In this document: piece by piece, positions 21,736-31,881 of the stretch
Position numbering within the stretch: the first letter of the stretch is position 1
How the letters are laid out: every line of letters starts with the position of its first letter
Position numbers and translations under genes: made by a program
The notes under the pieces: model-generated
Seen by the model: the letters and a program-made list of their open reading frames with translations, nothing else
What the model was told of the DNA's origin: nothing
Database searches by the model: none
Source of the DNA: Candidatus Delongbacteria bacterium
GTDB taxonomy: Bacteria > CAIWAD01
Direction of reading: 5' to 3'
Assembly (NCBI GenBank): GCA_963663545.1
Contig: OY760505.1
Coordinates: 3,616,001-3,680,000 of the forward strand
Length of the DNA stretch: 64,000 bases

Positions 21736-22379
21736 GTTTTCGTGATTTTATATAATTTAGTTGCCACAAAAGATAAGAAACCTAGTGACAGCAATAATTC
21801 AACGGGCTCTTGATCTCTCCATAAAAGAAAGCCTCCAGACGGATGAATAATATAATCAAACAAGGTGTAAATAAAAAAAACAAAAAAGAAATACGAACTT
21901 ATAAACCAATCAGGAATGACAAACTCCACCATACGACGAAACTTCGTCTTGGCTCTCGATACAAATAGCCATGCAAATGCCCCATAAGCCCCTGTTAGTA
22001 TATAGAATTTATGTAGTAAAGGTTGCACTATATCTAAATTATGAAGCGATATTTCATTTTGAACATTGTGTTGTTTAAAGTAATCAGGGGGTTCGATAGA
22101 AAAAATCCTTTGCCCCCAACTTATTTCTTCTATGGCTACAAATAAAAGTCCGATAGCCAATATTCCGTACAAAACACCATGTAAGGTTAGTCCATACTTT
22201 AGATAATATTTTACAACAGGAAGTAAAATTATCGACGATAGAAGGTAAATAAAAGCTTGTGCATATTCAATAATTGAGTCCTCTTGAATTAGCGACAAAT
22301 ATGTATCCGGTGACATCACCTTTATACATAGAAAAATCAAAAATAGCGCTATCGGAAAAAAAAAGATAAAAATTTTCAT
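21690..22379 (-). CDS. AT-rich multi-pass membrane protein (EEISWGQR family)
   Basis: EDSIIEY, EEISWGQRIF, NVQNEISLHN motifs; several TM segments. Confidence 0.75.
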   Translation of the reverse strand: MKIFIFFFPIALFLIFLCIKVMSPDTYLSLIQEDSIIEYAQAFIYLLSSIILLPVVKYYLKYGLTLHGVLYGILAIGLLFVAIEEISWGQRIFSIEPPDYFKQHNVQNEISLHNLDIVQPLLHKFYILTGAYGAFAWLFVSRAKTKFRRMVEFVIPDWFISSYFFFVFFIYTLFDYIIHPSGGFLLWRDQEPVELLLSLGFLSFVATKLYKITKTPNNRVNLNVVKQQS

Positions 22380-22463
22380 GTGATAGTTTTCCTTTCTTCC
22401 ATTAACTTGCTAATGGTCAATGTCCGAGGTAATGTGCAGGCTGTATGGAAACATGTTCTCTCA

Positions 22464-22575
22464 AAATGGTGTCAGGCATCATATCATTTCATTTTTTTTG
22501 CTCCGATGCCTGGCACCATTACCTCTTTAATTTTTTTTGCTCCGATGCCTGGCACCATTACCTCTTTACCTCTTT
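22464..22575. mobile_element. Miniature derivative of the RAYT-like element (left end fused to right end, right end duplicated)
   Basis: aaatggtgtcaggcatcat..catttca joined directly to ttttttttgctccgatgcctggcaccatt; flank acctcttt repeated. Confidence 0.8.
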
Positions 22576-22638
22576 ACTTCTTGGAAGGTAGAGGTATAAT
22601 GGTTACCGTCTCGATATAGGTATAATACACGAAAACCA

Positions 22639-22971
22639 ATGCCAAATAGATGGATATTATGGATGCTACTGGTAATAGCGGCGCTGCCGGTATGGAGTCA
22701 AGAGAGCCGAGGTTTGAAAGTGTTATACAAAGACCAGGGTGGCGGCAAACAAGAAGAGCAGCTCTACCAAAAAAGTTATGCGCTATTGATCGGAGCCAGC
22801 GGCTACCGTAATGGCTGGCCGATGCTGTCGGGAGTGAAAAAAGATCTGGCCGCAGTGGAAAAAGTTTTGCGCACCCATCGTTTACGAATTACGAATCACG
22901 AAAATCGTCCATCGATGTCGCTTCGCGAGAAAGAGGTTTTTGCCGAAATTATGGGATTACGCCCTCCCTAA
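22639..22971 (+). pseudogene. Truncated caspase-like (peptidase C14) secreted protein
   Basis: Signal peptide, then SYALLIGASGYRNGWPML.GV..D...V..VL; similarity ends near 22878 where repeat-like DNA starts. Confidence 0.65.
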
Positions 22972-22989
22972 TTACCTTTTTAACAGGGA

Positions 22990-23109
22990 GTACCTATTTT
23001 GCCAATAACATTTTGATTTTTTTTCATGCCAGTTAGAGTCAAGGTTTCAGCACGATTATCCTCTATACCCCAGGCAAATAAAGGCTGAAGCATTACTGCG
23101 TAAGTCCTG
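22990..23109. repeat. ~120-bp IS-end-like repeat ending ctgcgtaagtcctg
   Basis: Diverged second copy at 49600..49720. Confidence 0.7.
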
Positions 23110-23303
23110 CTTCTAACTTCCAATAAGTAAATAGGTTATTCTACCACAAAATTTATGAGAACGTGTGGCCCGACGTATTGCCACACGCCTGAATCATCCC
23201 TGCCTGCCCAAATCTGTAATTGAGGAGCGACGCCGCCAGGGAGCAAAAGGGCAAACCAAAGGGATAAATTATTTCTTGCCGGATCCTTAGCAAGTACCCG
23301 GCA

Positions 23304-24542
23304 TCAACGATTTTGGATTGCCAGATATAGCTTTTGCGCATATTTACGGCGGCGGCGGTGTTTGGTGATGCCATCGGGGGCAGGCACGTTGGCGATTAGG
23401 GCATCGATAATTTCATCGGGAGTAATGCCGTCGGCTTCGGCCCGATAATTAAGGATAATGCGATGGCGCATTACTGCATGCATGATGGTACGAATATCGG
23501 CGGCCTCGGCGTTGGCGCGACCGTGGAGCATGGCTCGAGTTTTCGCTCCGATAATCAGCCCTTGCGCAGCGCGAGGGCTGGCGCCCCAGGCGACAAAATC
23601 TTTTATGGATTGGGGGGCACTCGCGTTCTGAGGACGAGAACTGCGCACTAACTCGATAGCGTAGTGCATGACGCTGCTGGGAATTTCGATGCGTTTGACA
23701 ATGCTTAACAATTCCAGGATCTTGTCCTGCGATAGCACCGGAGCTAAACTTACCGGGTCGGAGGAAACCGTCAGCCGCATGATGCGATATTCTTCCTCAG
23801 GGAACGGATAATCAAGAAGTAAGTTGAACATGAACCGATCGAGTTGGGCCGCAGGCAAAGGGTAGGTTCCCTCTTGTTCGATCGGGTTTTGCGTGGCCAG
23901 GACAAAAAACGGCGGCGTCAATACCATGCGGCGACCGATCGAGGTAACGGTACGTTCTTCCATAGCTTCCAATAGCGCCGCCTGAGTTTTGGGCGGGGTG
24001 CGGTTGATTTCGTCGGCGAGTATGATATTGGCGAATATCGGCCCCTGCAAAAAAGTGAACTGGCGTACTTTAGTGTTTTCTTCCTGAACCAGGATTTCGC
24101 TGCCGGTAATATCGGAAGGCATCAGGTCGGGAGTGAACTGAATCCGCGAAAATTTCAAATCGAGCAAATCGGCCAGCGAGCGAATAAGTAAAGTTTTGGC
24201 CAATCCCGGCACCCCGACCAGTAAAGCGTGATTGCCACTGAAGATACAGATCAATAATTGCTCAATCACCTCCTTCAAACCGACAATCCGCTTTTGTAAT
24301 TGTTGGGTGATGACCTGAAAACTGTCAGCGATAGCCTGGATCATCTGCCGTTGCTGGGGGGTCAGCGTCTTGCTCTTGATGATTACAATTGACGCCGGGG
24401 AGGGCGCTGGTTGATAGTAGGGTTCTACCGCCTTACCCCCGGGCTCTGATGTCGGTTGCGGTAGTGGCCGCTCCGGCTCAGTATTAGTTGATGGCGGCTG
24501 CTGGCTATCGTCGGTTGGAAACATGGAATCGGAGTTATGCAT
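23304..24542 (-). CDS. MoxR family AAA+ ATPase
   Basis: GVPGLAKT, RIQFTPDLMPSD, LADEINR, ATQNPIEQEGTYPLP.AQLDRF; start chosen by AAGGAG RBS. Confidence 0.95.
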   Translation of the reverse strand: MHNSDSMFPTDDSQQPPSTNTEPERPLPQPTSEPGGKAVEPYYQPAPSPASIVIIKSKTLTPQQRQMIQAIADSFQVITQQLQKRIVGLKEVIEQLLICIFSGNHALLVGVPGLAKTLLIRSLADLLDLKFSRIQFTPDLMPSDITGSEILVQEENTKVRQFTFLQGPIFANIILADEINRTPPKTQAALLEAMEERTVTSIGRRMVLTPPFFVLATQNPIEQEGTYPLPAAQLDRFMFNLLLDYPFPEEEYRIMRLTVSSDPVSLAPVLSQDKILELLSIVKRIEIPSSVMHYAIELVRSSRPQNASAPQSIKDFVAWGASPRAAQGLIIGAKTRAMLHGRANAEAADIRTIMHAVMRHRIILNYRAEADGITPDEIIDALIANVPAPDGITKHRRRRKYAQKLYLAIQNR

Positions 24543-24583
24543 CAGCCAGGTTCTCCTTAGCGAAAGCAATTCGTACACACGGC

Positions 24584-26776
24584 CTAGATTCCCTGGATTA
24601 ACTTGGTGAATTCCTCATATGCCGCTGAATCTTTGTCGCCGCGCTTTTTGGGCATTTTATTTTCAATCTTTCTTAACGATCGTTTTAGCACTGATGTTTG
24701 CCCTTCGGCAATTTTGAGGCAAACTTTGATCAAAGGTAAAACCACTCCTCCCTGTTCGGCGTTATCTATGCAGGTTTGCATTCCTAGTTGCAGCGCTCGT
24801 GCTTTCTTGTTATGCGCGGCCAATTCCTGACACTGGGCTACGCGCAATTGGATTTGCAAATCCGGACGCTCGCGATAGAGCGCGAAAATTTGACGATAGT
24901 ACTGTTGGCGCTGTTGTTGCTGGTCAGGAGGAATACAATCGATGAAATTCTGCAAACAGAGCATAGTCAAGTCTGGATGCTCTTTCAGCGCTTTCTTCAT
25001 GACAGTTACATATTTTAATCCCTGCTTCTTCGACAGCGTACCCGATTTCATATGCGCCATTAACAAATCCCAGGCTGGCTTGACGAACGCATTTATCTTT
25101 AGGGCATAGCAAGTAAGCTTCAAAGATTCCTGGGGGTGACGTTCTTGCAATGAAGCGGCAATCCGGGTCAAAATCCGCGCTTGCATATAATCACTGTAGG
25201 AATATGAGACCCCTTCGTACATCATAGCAATAAAGCGGTCAAGATTTAGGGTGCGGGTCTGGGGATCAAAAATTTCACCAGTATAAAAGGTATCGAAACT
25301 ATAGCGTCCGGTGAAATTCAATAAGTTTTTGCCGCGTTTTCGCTCCAGATAACCGGCCCAGGCATGATGGCCGCCATATTTACTTTGCCCAGAAACTTTC
25401 ATCGAGGGAATGCCGAAAGATTTACAGGTTCGTGTCATAAAATGCGCCTGGTCGCCGCAGATCCCTCCACTTTCAAAAATATTAGGCAGGATGTAATCGC
25501 GACTGCCCAAGGCGATTCTGCCGCTTTTCTGTCGTTTTTCATCATAACGAACTAATTCATATAGCTGATGCAACCGGCTTCGACGGTTGCCAAATTTCTT
25601 TAGCGCCCAAAAAATTTCGTCGCGACTGATATCGAGATTGACAACATGCACTAAAAATGGCCATTGTAAAGTATCTGGACGAAAGACGAAATATCGGCGG
25701 AACCTGGCGTGGGTAAAATAATTGAAAACATCATGATAGGATAACAACGGTTTGAACTGGTCGAGCTCATATCCCCAAATACAGCGATGGCGACAGGAAA
25801 TAACCGCATCGGGATCATCCCACACTACGGCGATAGCGATGGCAAGATGATAAAAGCGTTTTATTTGTTGCGGGTGCTTTTGCCGCAGTTCTTCGAAGAT
25901 TGCAATTGCTTTGCCGATGTTATCGTATTCATCATTCAAGGCCAGCCAGAACGCATCGCGCACTTTAGGATTTTTGCTCAGCCACGCGATCAGGCTGGCT
26001 GGCGTTTTATAAACTGCGCGACAATAGTTTTCAATCCGATCGACATAATTTCGCAACAATTTGCCGGCATTAGTGGTGGAAATTTTATTTTGGCTCACCA
26101 ACAGAATATCTTCCTCACTGATGCAAGGGAATGGGCGGAAAAAAGGGGTGCTAGTACTAAAGGTTCCGGGGGTGCTATATTTATAGATTTTTTGGCGAAC
26201 CTGGCGCTGGTTCTTGTGACTTAGTTCTTCAATTTTTTTATATAGCCGCGACTGGCCGCTTTTGATTTTGTGCTGCTGGCACCAGACAACCAGGTCCAGG
26301 TATTTACCGATATCCTGGATAGATTCCGCTTCCTTGAGTCGTTGCCAATAGGTTTTGATTAAGTCGTCAGCAGTTTGTAAACGGGCCAATGCTTTGCGGG
26401 CTACATCATTGTTCGGATCAAGTTTTAGTATGCGCTGGTAGAGTTCTGGCAATTTGCTGTATAAACGATATTTCTGGCACCAGGCGATCAATTGGAAGTA
26501 CATTCTGACGTCTTTGCTGGCATCTGCTTGCTGGAGATGTTTGTAGTAAGCTTTAGTCAACATAATTGCCATTTTTCTAATCATTTCTTTCCGCTGTTGT
26601 GGAGTCAATGCTTTTTGCCGCTGCCCATTTTGTTGACATGATAACGGATTGGCTGACAACAACATTATCCAAATTGTAATCAGCAACATAAGCGACAGCG
26701 AAAATCTGTCGAGTGGCCTGGTAAATTTACGTTTGGCTGAATAGTTCATGGGCACGCTCCTATGAAACTTAGTCAC
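24584..26776 (-). CDS. Large exported protein with transglutaminase-like Cys/His motif
   Basis: N-terminal hydrophobic segment; GGICGDQA...CKSFGIP...HAWAGY. Confidence 0.55.
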   Translation of the reverse strand: MTKFHRSVPMNYSAKRKFTRPLDRFSLSLMLLITIWIMLLSANPLSCQQNGQRQKALTPQQRKEMIRKMAIMLTKAYYKHLQQADASKDVRMYFQLIAWCQKYRLYSKLPELYQRILKLDPNNDVARKALARLQTADDLIKTYWQRLKEAESIQDIGKYLDLVVWCQQHKIKSGQSRLYKKIEELSHKNQRQVRQKIYKYSTPGTFSTSTPFFRPFPCISEEDILLVSQNKISTTNAGKLLRNYVDRIENYCRAVYKTPASLIAWLSKNPKVRDAFWLALNDEYDNIGKAIAIFEELRQKHPQQIKRFYHLAIAIAVVWDDPDAVISCRHRCIWGYELDQFKPLLSYHDVFNYFTHARFRRYFVFRPDTLQWPFLVHVVNLDISRDEIFWALKKFGNRRSRLHQLYELVRYDEKRQKSGRIALGSRDYILPNIFESGGICGDQAHFMTRTCKSFGIPSMKVSGQSKYGGHHAWAGYLERKRGKNLLNFTGRYSFDTFYTGEIFDPQTRTLNLDRFIAMMYEGVSYSYSDYMQARILTRIAASLQERHPQESLKLTCYALKINAFVKPAWDLLMAHMKSGTLSKKQGLKYVTVMKKALKEHPDLTMLCLQNFIDCIPPDQQQQRQQYYRQIFALYRERPDLQIQLRVAQCQELAAHNKKARALQLGMQTCIDNAEQGGVVLPLIKVCLKIAEGQTSVLKRSLRKIENKMPKKRGDKDSAAYEEFTKLIQGI

Positions 26777-26777
26777 A

Positions 26778-27848
26778 TTAGATATTGGGTTGGCAAATTT
26801 TGAAGAATGCTAGACTATCGGTTGCTTCTCTATCGCTTGTATCTAGTTGGCGATACAAAATGGTGGCAACTTTTTGCAAGTTTTCGTCTTTCTCTACTTT
26901 ACTCAAAGCATAACGAATGGCACTCTCACTGCCGGCGCCAAAATTTTCCTGGAGTTGTTTATTTCCCGCAGCCAGTAATTTTTTAGCCAAAAAAATGGCG
27001 ACATAACGCGGTCGCGCCAGCTTATGGCCAGTTTTTCTTTGCTGTAACACCAGGGGAGAAGGCAAACGATAATAGGCGGCCACTTCTTGCAAAATTTGTT
27101 CGATAGTAATTTGCCTGGAAACCTTTATTTGTGCTTGCAGCAATTTTTCCGCTACTGACATGGTCAGCGCAAATTTTCGTGCTGCAAATATTACGAATAA
27201 TTTATGGATCATTTTTTTGAAGTCGCCGAAGTGACCAGGAAAACTATTACATATCGCAGCGACAGCTTGCTGCTCGGTCACGATTTTATGCAAGCGGGCC
27301 AATTGTAGAGTATACTCGATAATCCTTTCGCGAGAAAGCGGACAAACTTTGATCGCCAGCCCATTGGTTAATTTCGCGATAAGATCGGCCCGTAAAGGCG
27401 CTTCTTTGATATGTACCCGACTGCTCAACACCACCGGGCGACATTTTTGATGCAGGCTGGCGATAGTGAACATTAATTCCTGTTGGGTCTTGATCTTGTT
27501 TTCGAGAAGATGCAAGTCATCCAAAAACAATATATCGCAAGAGCGGTAGACTTCGCGGAATCCCTGATAATGTTTTTGGCGCAACGATTGGCGATAGGCG
27601 TGGTGAAACTCTTCGGCTGGCGTATATAGGATGTTCACCTCCGGGTAGCGTTGCGTGATCTCTTTGGCAATGCCTTTCATTAAATGCGATTTGCCCGACT
27701 GCTGCGGACCATAAAATACAACCGGATTATACTCGCTGGCCAGGCTCCTGGCCAGACTATCGGCAATACGATAGGCCAGATCATTACCGGGATCAACGAT
27801 GAATTCTTGTAAATAGCAGGCTTTTACCTGGTTGCTGCAACCGGTCAA
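26778..27848 (-). CDS. DnaA-like protein (AAA+ domain III and DNA-binding domain IV only)
   Basis: FIVDPGN.LA, YNPVVFYG..GSGKSHL-like Walker A, DILFLDDLH, TQQEL, ITIEQI..EVA.YY, ARPR.VAIFLAK. Confidence 0.8.
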   Translation of the reverse strand: MTGCSNQVKACYLQEFIVDPGNDLAYRIADSLARSLASEYNPVVFYGPQQSGKSHLMKGIAKEITQRYPEVNILYTPAEEFHHAYRQSLRQKHYQGFREVYRSCDILFLDDLHLLENKIKTQQELMFTIASLHQKCRPVVLSSRVHIKEAPLRADLIAKLTNGLAIKVCPLSRERIIEYTLQLARLHKIVTEQQAVAAICNSFPGHFGDFKKMIHKLFVIFAARKFALTMSVAEKLLQAQIKVSRQITIEQILQEVAAYYRLPSPLVLQQRKTGHKLARPRYVAIFLAKKLLAAGNKQLQENFGAGSESAIRYALSKVEKDENLQKVATILYRQLDTSDREATDSLAFFKICQPNI

Positions 27849-28867
27849 AGGTTTTGCCCTCCGACATTTTTCTGTAGATTTTCGATAATTTGTCGCGTAG
27901 TAATTCCGTCGGCTTCACCTTCGAAATTGAGAATGATCCGATGCTGTAGCGCCGGCACCATCCCTCGGATAATATCTGATTCGGCTACATGAACACGCCC
28001 GGCTGCCAGGGCACGTACTTTGGCTCCCATAATTAAAGCCTGTAAACCGCGTGGGCTTACTCCATATTGGACGTATTTTTTTACTAACGGCAGCGCATTG
28101 TCACTGAACGGCTGCGTTGCCAGAACCAGCCGCGCCGCATATTCGGTGAGATAGTCGGCGATACATATCTGGCTTACCACTAGTTTACTTTGGGCAATAG
28201 TTGTCAAGTCGATTTGACATTCGATATCGGGAATTGTCGCTCCGGTTGTCGAATTAGCGATGGCAACGAGGTCCTGTTGAGCGGGGAAAGCGACCACCAG
28301 CTTGTAAAAGAATCGGTCAAGTTGAGCCTCCGGTAATGGATAAGTGCCTTCCATCTCGATAGGGTTTTGCGTCGCTATCACCATAAATGGCTGCGGGAGC
28401 ATGTAAGTTTTTCCGGCTACGGTTACCCGGGTTTCTTGCATTGCCTGCAACAATGCCGATTGCGTTCTCGGGGTAGCGCGGTTGATCTCATCAGCCAATA
28501 CCAGATTGGCGAAAATCGGTCCTTTTTCGTAACGAATAACCGGAGTAGCATCATCGCCTTTCAATAATATATTGGTTCCGAGGATATCGGCTGGCATTAA
28601 ATCGGGGGTGAACTGAATACGGCTGTATCTCAAGGATAGCCCCTTGCTGAATATCTGTGCCAGCAGGGTTTTGCCTAATCCCGGAACTCCTTCCAGCAAG
28701 ACATGGCCTCCGGCGAAAAATGCCGTTAGCAAGTCTTGAACAATGTTGGGCTGACCAATGAAAATTCTGGAAATTGCCTGGGTTATTCTTGCAAAATCGG
28801 CCCGAAACTGAGCCGCTTGTTGTAAAAGATCGACGGTGTCATTCATTGGTAAATTGTGGCTATTCAT
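27845..28867 (-). CDS. MoxR family AAA+ ATPase
   Basis: GHVLLEGVPGLGKT, RIQFTPDLMPAD, LADEINRATPRTQSALL, EGTYPLPEAQLDRF. Confidence 0.95.
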   Translation of the reverse strand: MNSHNLPMNDTVDLLQQAAQFRADFARITQAISRIFIGQPNIVQDLLTAFFAGGHVLLEGVPGLGKTLLAQIFSKGLSLRYSRIQFTPDLMPADILGTNILLKGDDATPVIRYEKGPIFANLVLADEINRATPRTQSALLQAMQETRVTVAGKTYMLPQPFMVIATQNPIEMEGTYPLPEAQLDRFFYKLVVAFPAQQDLVAIANSTTGATIPDIECQIDLTTIAQSKLVVSQICIADYLTEYAARLVLATQPFSDNALPLVKKYVQYGVSPRGLQALIMGAKVRALAAGRVHVAESDIIRGMVPALQHRIILNFEGEADGITTRQIIENLQKNVGGQNL

Positions 28868-28880
28868 AAAGACTTGGTAT

Positions 28881-29070
28881 TAGGGCGTGTTTGCAAATTC
28901 CTTTCTGCTACGAAGCCCGATGCATCTTCCCTGGCTGCGTCGCAGAACCCGAAATCGTCCTCCGTCCTCAATTTGAATACTGCCAAACCTCCGGCGATTT
29001 CGGAACCTGCTCCTTGCCAGGAAAGCGTCTCGGGCTTCTCGCGACGAAATCAATTTGCAAACACGCCCTA
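28881..29070. mobile_element. 190-bp MITE with 19-bp perfect TIR
   Basis: tagggcgtgtttgcaaatt ... aatttgcaaacacgcccta. Confidence 0.8.
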
Positions 29071-29173
29071 TTTGAAAAGCCTCTTTATCCCAGATTGGCG
29101 CTCGAATTTTTTCGCACCAATCAATTCGGCACTTCTATTTTTCGTCAGTAGCTACCGGGCTCGTGAATTGAAG

Positions 29174-29579
29174 CTAAGAATCCGGCAAGAAATAACTTAC
29201 CCATAGTTTGCCCTTTTGCTCCCTGGCCGCGTCGTTCTTCAATTACAGAACTAAGGCTATGCGCATTCGTCGCTCCTTGCCAGGAAACAAAATTGCTAAG
29301 AATCCGGCAAGAAATAACTTACCCATAGTTTGCCCTTTTGCTCCCTGGCCGCGTCGTTCTTCAATTACAGAACTAAGGCTATGCGCATTCGTCGCTCCTT
29401 GCCAGGAAACAAAATTGCTAAACCAACTGGCCAACTTATTTCTTGCCGGCTCCTAAACTGACCAATTTATTTCTTGCCGGCTCCTAAACTGACCAATTTA
29501 TTTCTTGCGGCTTCTAAACTGACCAATTTGTTTCTTGCCGGCTTCTAAACTGACCAATTTATTTCTTGCCGGCTTCTAA
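29174..29579 (+). repeat. Family A cluster: two cores plus four ~31-bp tail repeats
   Basis: aaactgaccaatttatttcttgccggctcct repeated after two full cores. Confidence 0.85.
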
Positions 29580-29590
29580 ATTACTAGTAA

Positions 29591-29728
29591 TCAGGGTTTG
29601 GTCTTGATGTTCAGTCGCCGTTTGCGCTGATTTTTGATTATTCGTCTGCCCCCTTTTGTTTTCATCCGGGTCAGAAAACCAGTTTTCTTTTTATATTTAA
29701 GACTCGAATTTCGAACTTTAATTTTCAT
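29591..29728 (-). CDS. rpmH: 50S ribosomal protein L34
   Basis: MKIKVRNSSLKYKKKTGFLTRMKTKGGRRIIKNQRKR; AGGAG RBS upstream of ATG at 29728. Confidence 0.85.
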   Translation of the reverse strand: MKIKVRNSSLKYKKKTGFLTRMKTKGGRRIIKNQRKRRLNIKTKP

Positions 29729-30211
29729 AGAATCTCCTTGCACCTGCCCGAGAAAAGTGGGCCGTAAAAAGATAAACATGCCTTGAATCCGGCAAGAAAT
29801 AACTTACCCATAGTTTGCCCTTTTGCTCCCTGGCGGCGTTCAACCTCTAGGTGGGAGCAGCTCGGTAGAATTTTACCGGTTACCAACAGTGCAAAATTAT
29901 AACAAGCCAGTAATGACAGGTAAAGAATTTTTTGGGCCACTTAATCAATAAATTTTAGCGTACAAAGCTAAGGAGCCGGCAAGAAATAACTTATCCATAG
30001 TTTGCCCTTGGGTGCAGTCCCATAATTTCGGAGATATAAAATGCTCTTCAATTATTGATTTCCTTACTCTCATTCACAAGTTGTCCCAGGCACCGGTATA
30101 ATTCGATGGTCGATGGGCGATAATCGTTATTCGTAATCGACATCGTAATCGTAATTCTATGGGCGATGGACGATGCTCGAAAATACCGGATGGCTAAACC
30201 AACTGACCAAG

Positions 30212-30727
30212 TTATTTCTTGCCGGCTCCTAATAAGTCGAGCAATTTGCCTAATTGCTTGACTTTCATATTGTCTGGCACTGAAAATAGCGGCGTCGCTG
30301 ACTGGTATAATTCCTGTATACGTTGCCGACCGGCAGCGATAATCCGGTCGTGGTCAAATGCCAGAGGTGGTAATTCGTCAACCGGAAACCAGGCAGCACG
30401 TGCGGCGTCGCTGCTGGCTTTCAGCTTTTTCTTCCCGGAGGCAATCGTCCAAAAAGCCATGGAAATGGTACGCCCCCGGGGGTCACGTCCCGGAGTATCG
30501 AAAATACCCAGAGAATTCAATGCCAACCCGGCGATGGTCGTTTCTTCTTCAAGTTCACGTTGGGCCGCTTGTAAAAAAGTTTCATCCGCTTCCATAAAAC
30601 CGCCGGGTAAAGCCCAATTTCCCTGAAACGGTTCATATTTTCGTTCAATCAGCAAAATTTCGCCACGATTGCGACCCATGGTGAAAACTAAAATATCTAC
30701 GGTCGCAGCTAAATCTTTGTGTCGCAT
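30212..30727 (-). CDS. NUDIX hydrolase
   Basis: WALPGGF...ET..QAA.RELEEET Nudix box; RDPRGR; LAFDH. Confidence 0.92.
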   Translation of the reverse strand: MRHKDLAATVDILVFTMGRNRGEILLIERKYEPFQGNWALPGGFMEADETFLQAAQRELEEETTIAGLALNSLGIFDTPGRDPRGRTISMAFWTIASGKKKLKASSDAARAAWFPVDELPPLAFDHDRIIAAGRQRIQELYQSATPLFSVPDNMKVKQLGKLLDLLGAGKK

Positions 30728-30777
30728 TATATGTTTTCTTTCTTCTCTGATGATTCTACATGACTTTTCGGGTGATT

Positions 30778-31815
30778 TTATTCAATAAACGGTCGTTCTA
30801 ATTCCACTAAGGCGTGCTTGAGTAAACGTACCTTTTCCCGATAGGGCAAAAACGCGCTTTTGAAACCGTAAATGATTACGTCTTTTACTTCGTCAAGGGT
30901 CAAATCATATTGCTTTACCGCCACCATTAGTTCATCGGTAGTGCTGGTATTGGAAATCAGCCGGTTATCGGTATTGAGGGTCACCCGCAGATTGTAATCG
31001 AGGTAAAAACGGAAGGGATGGTGTTCGAGCGAATCTACTGATTGGGTTTGTAGGTTGGATGTCAGACAGATTTCCAAAGGAATGCGGTGATCATTGACAT
31101 AATTTAACAAACCTCCATCTTCGGCAAGCCGAGTGCCGTGACCAATGCGGTGGGCGCCGCAATAATGGATCGCTTGCGAAATACTGGCCGGCCCATAGGC
31201 TTCACCAGCATGGATGGTACAGTTGATGTTGTTGTTCAATACCAGTGAAAAGGCTTCGATGTGCTCTTTGGCCGGGTTGTCAGCCTCGGCTCCGGCCAGA
31301 TCGAAAGCAACCACCCCCCGGTTTTTATAAGCGACACAAAGCTCGGCCAACATTTTCGACTCGGCAGCCGGTCGATCTCGCATTGCGCAAATAATCAACC
31401 CGGCGCGAATTTTGTACTGGCGTTGCGCCATATCCAGCCCTTCCAATACCGCATCCACTATTTCTGAATAACGTAATTTTCTCTGCATGTGCAGTAGTGG
31501 CGAAAAACGGATTTCGATATACCAGACGTTTTCTTTTGCCGCGTCCTCCGCCAATTCGAACGCCGCCCGCGTCAGCGCCTCACGATGTTGCAACACCAAT
31601 AACGTAATGTCAAAGGCTTTAAGATACGTCTGCAGGCTGTCTACCCGGCGACCGCAGATTAGCAGCCGGCTTAGTTCCTCCTCATCGAAAGTGGGCAATT
31701 CGATATTATATTCGCGGGCCAACTCGATAATCGTCGCCAGTCGCAGCGAACCATCGAGATGGCAATGCAGATCGGTTTTGGGTAAATTAAAAATCATGTC
31801 TCTGGTTATTTCCAT
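30778..31815 (-). CDS. add: Adenosine deaminase
   Basis: PKTDLHCHLDGS, FDLAGAE, TIHAGE, RIGHG, EICLTSN, LNTDN. Confidence 0.93.
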   Translation of the reverse strand: MEITRDMIFNLPKTDLHCHLDGSLRLATIIELAREYNIELPTFDEEELSRLLICGRRVDSLQTYLKAFDITLLVLQHREALTRAAFELAEDAAKENVWYIEIRFSPLLHMQRKLRYSEIVDAVLEGLDMAQRQYKIRAGLIICAMRDRPAAESKMLAELCVAYKNRGVVAFDLAGAEADNPAKEHIEAFSLVLNNNINCTIHAGEAYGPASISQAIHYCGAHRIGHGTRLAEDGGLLNYVNDHRIPLEICLTSNLQTQSVDSLEHHPFRFYLDYNLRVTLNTDNRLISNTSTTDELMVAVKQYDLTLDEVKDVIIYGFKSAFLPYREKVRLLKHALVELERPFIE

Positions 31816-31881
31816 TCAACTCTCCTTGATGTTTCCACAGATAGCTCCCTGGCAAAAACGGCAATCACTCCAGTCAGAGTC

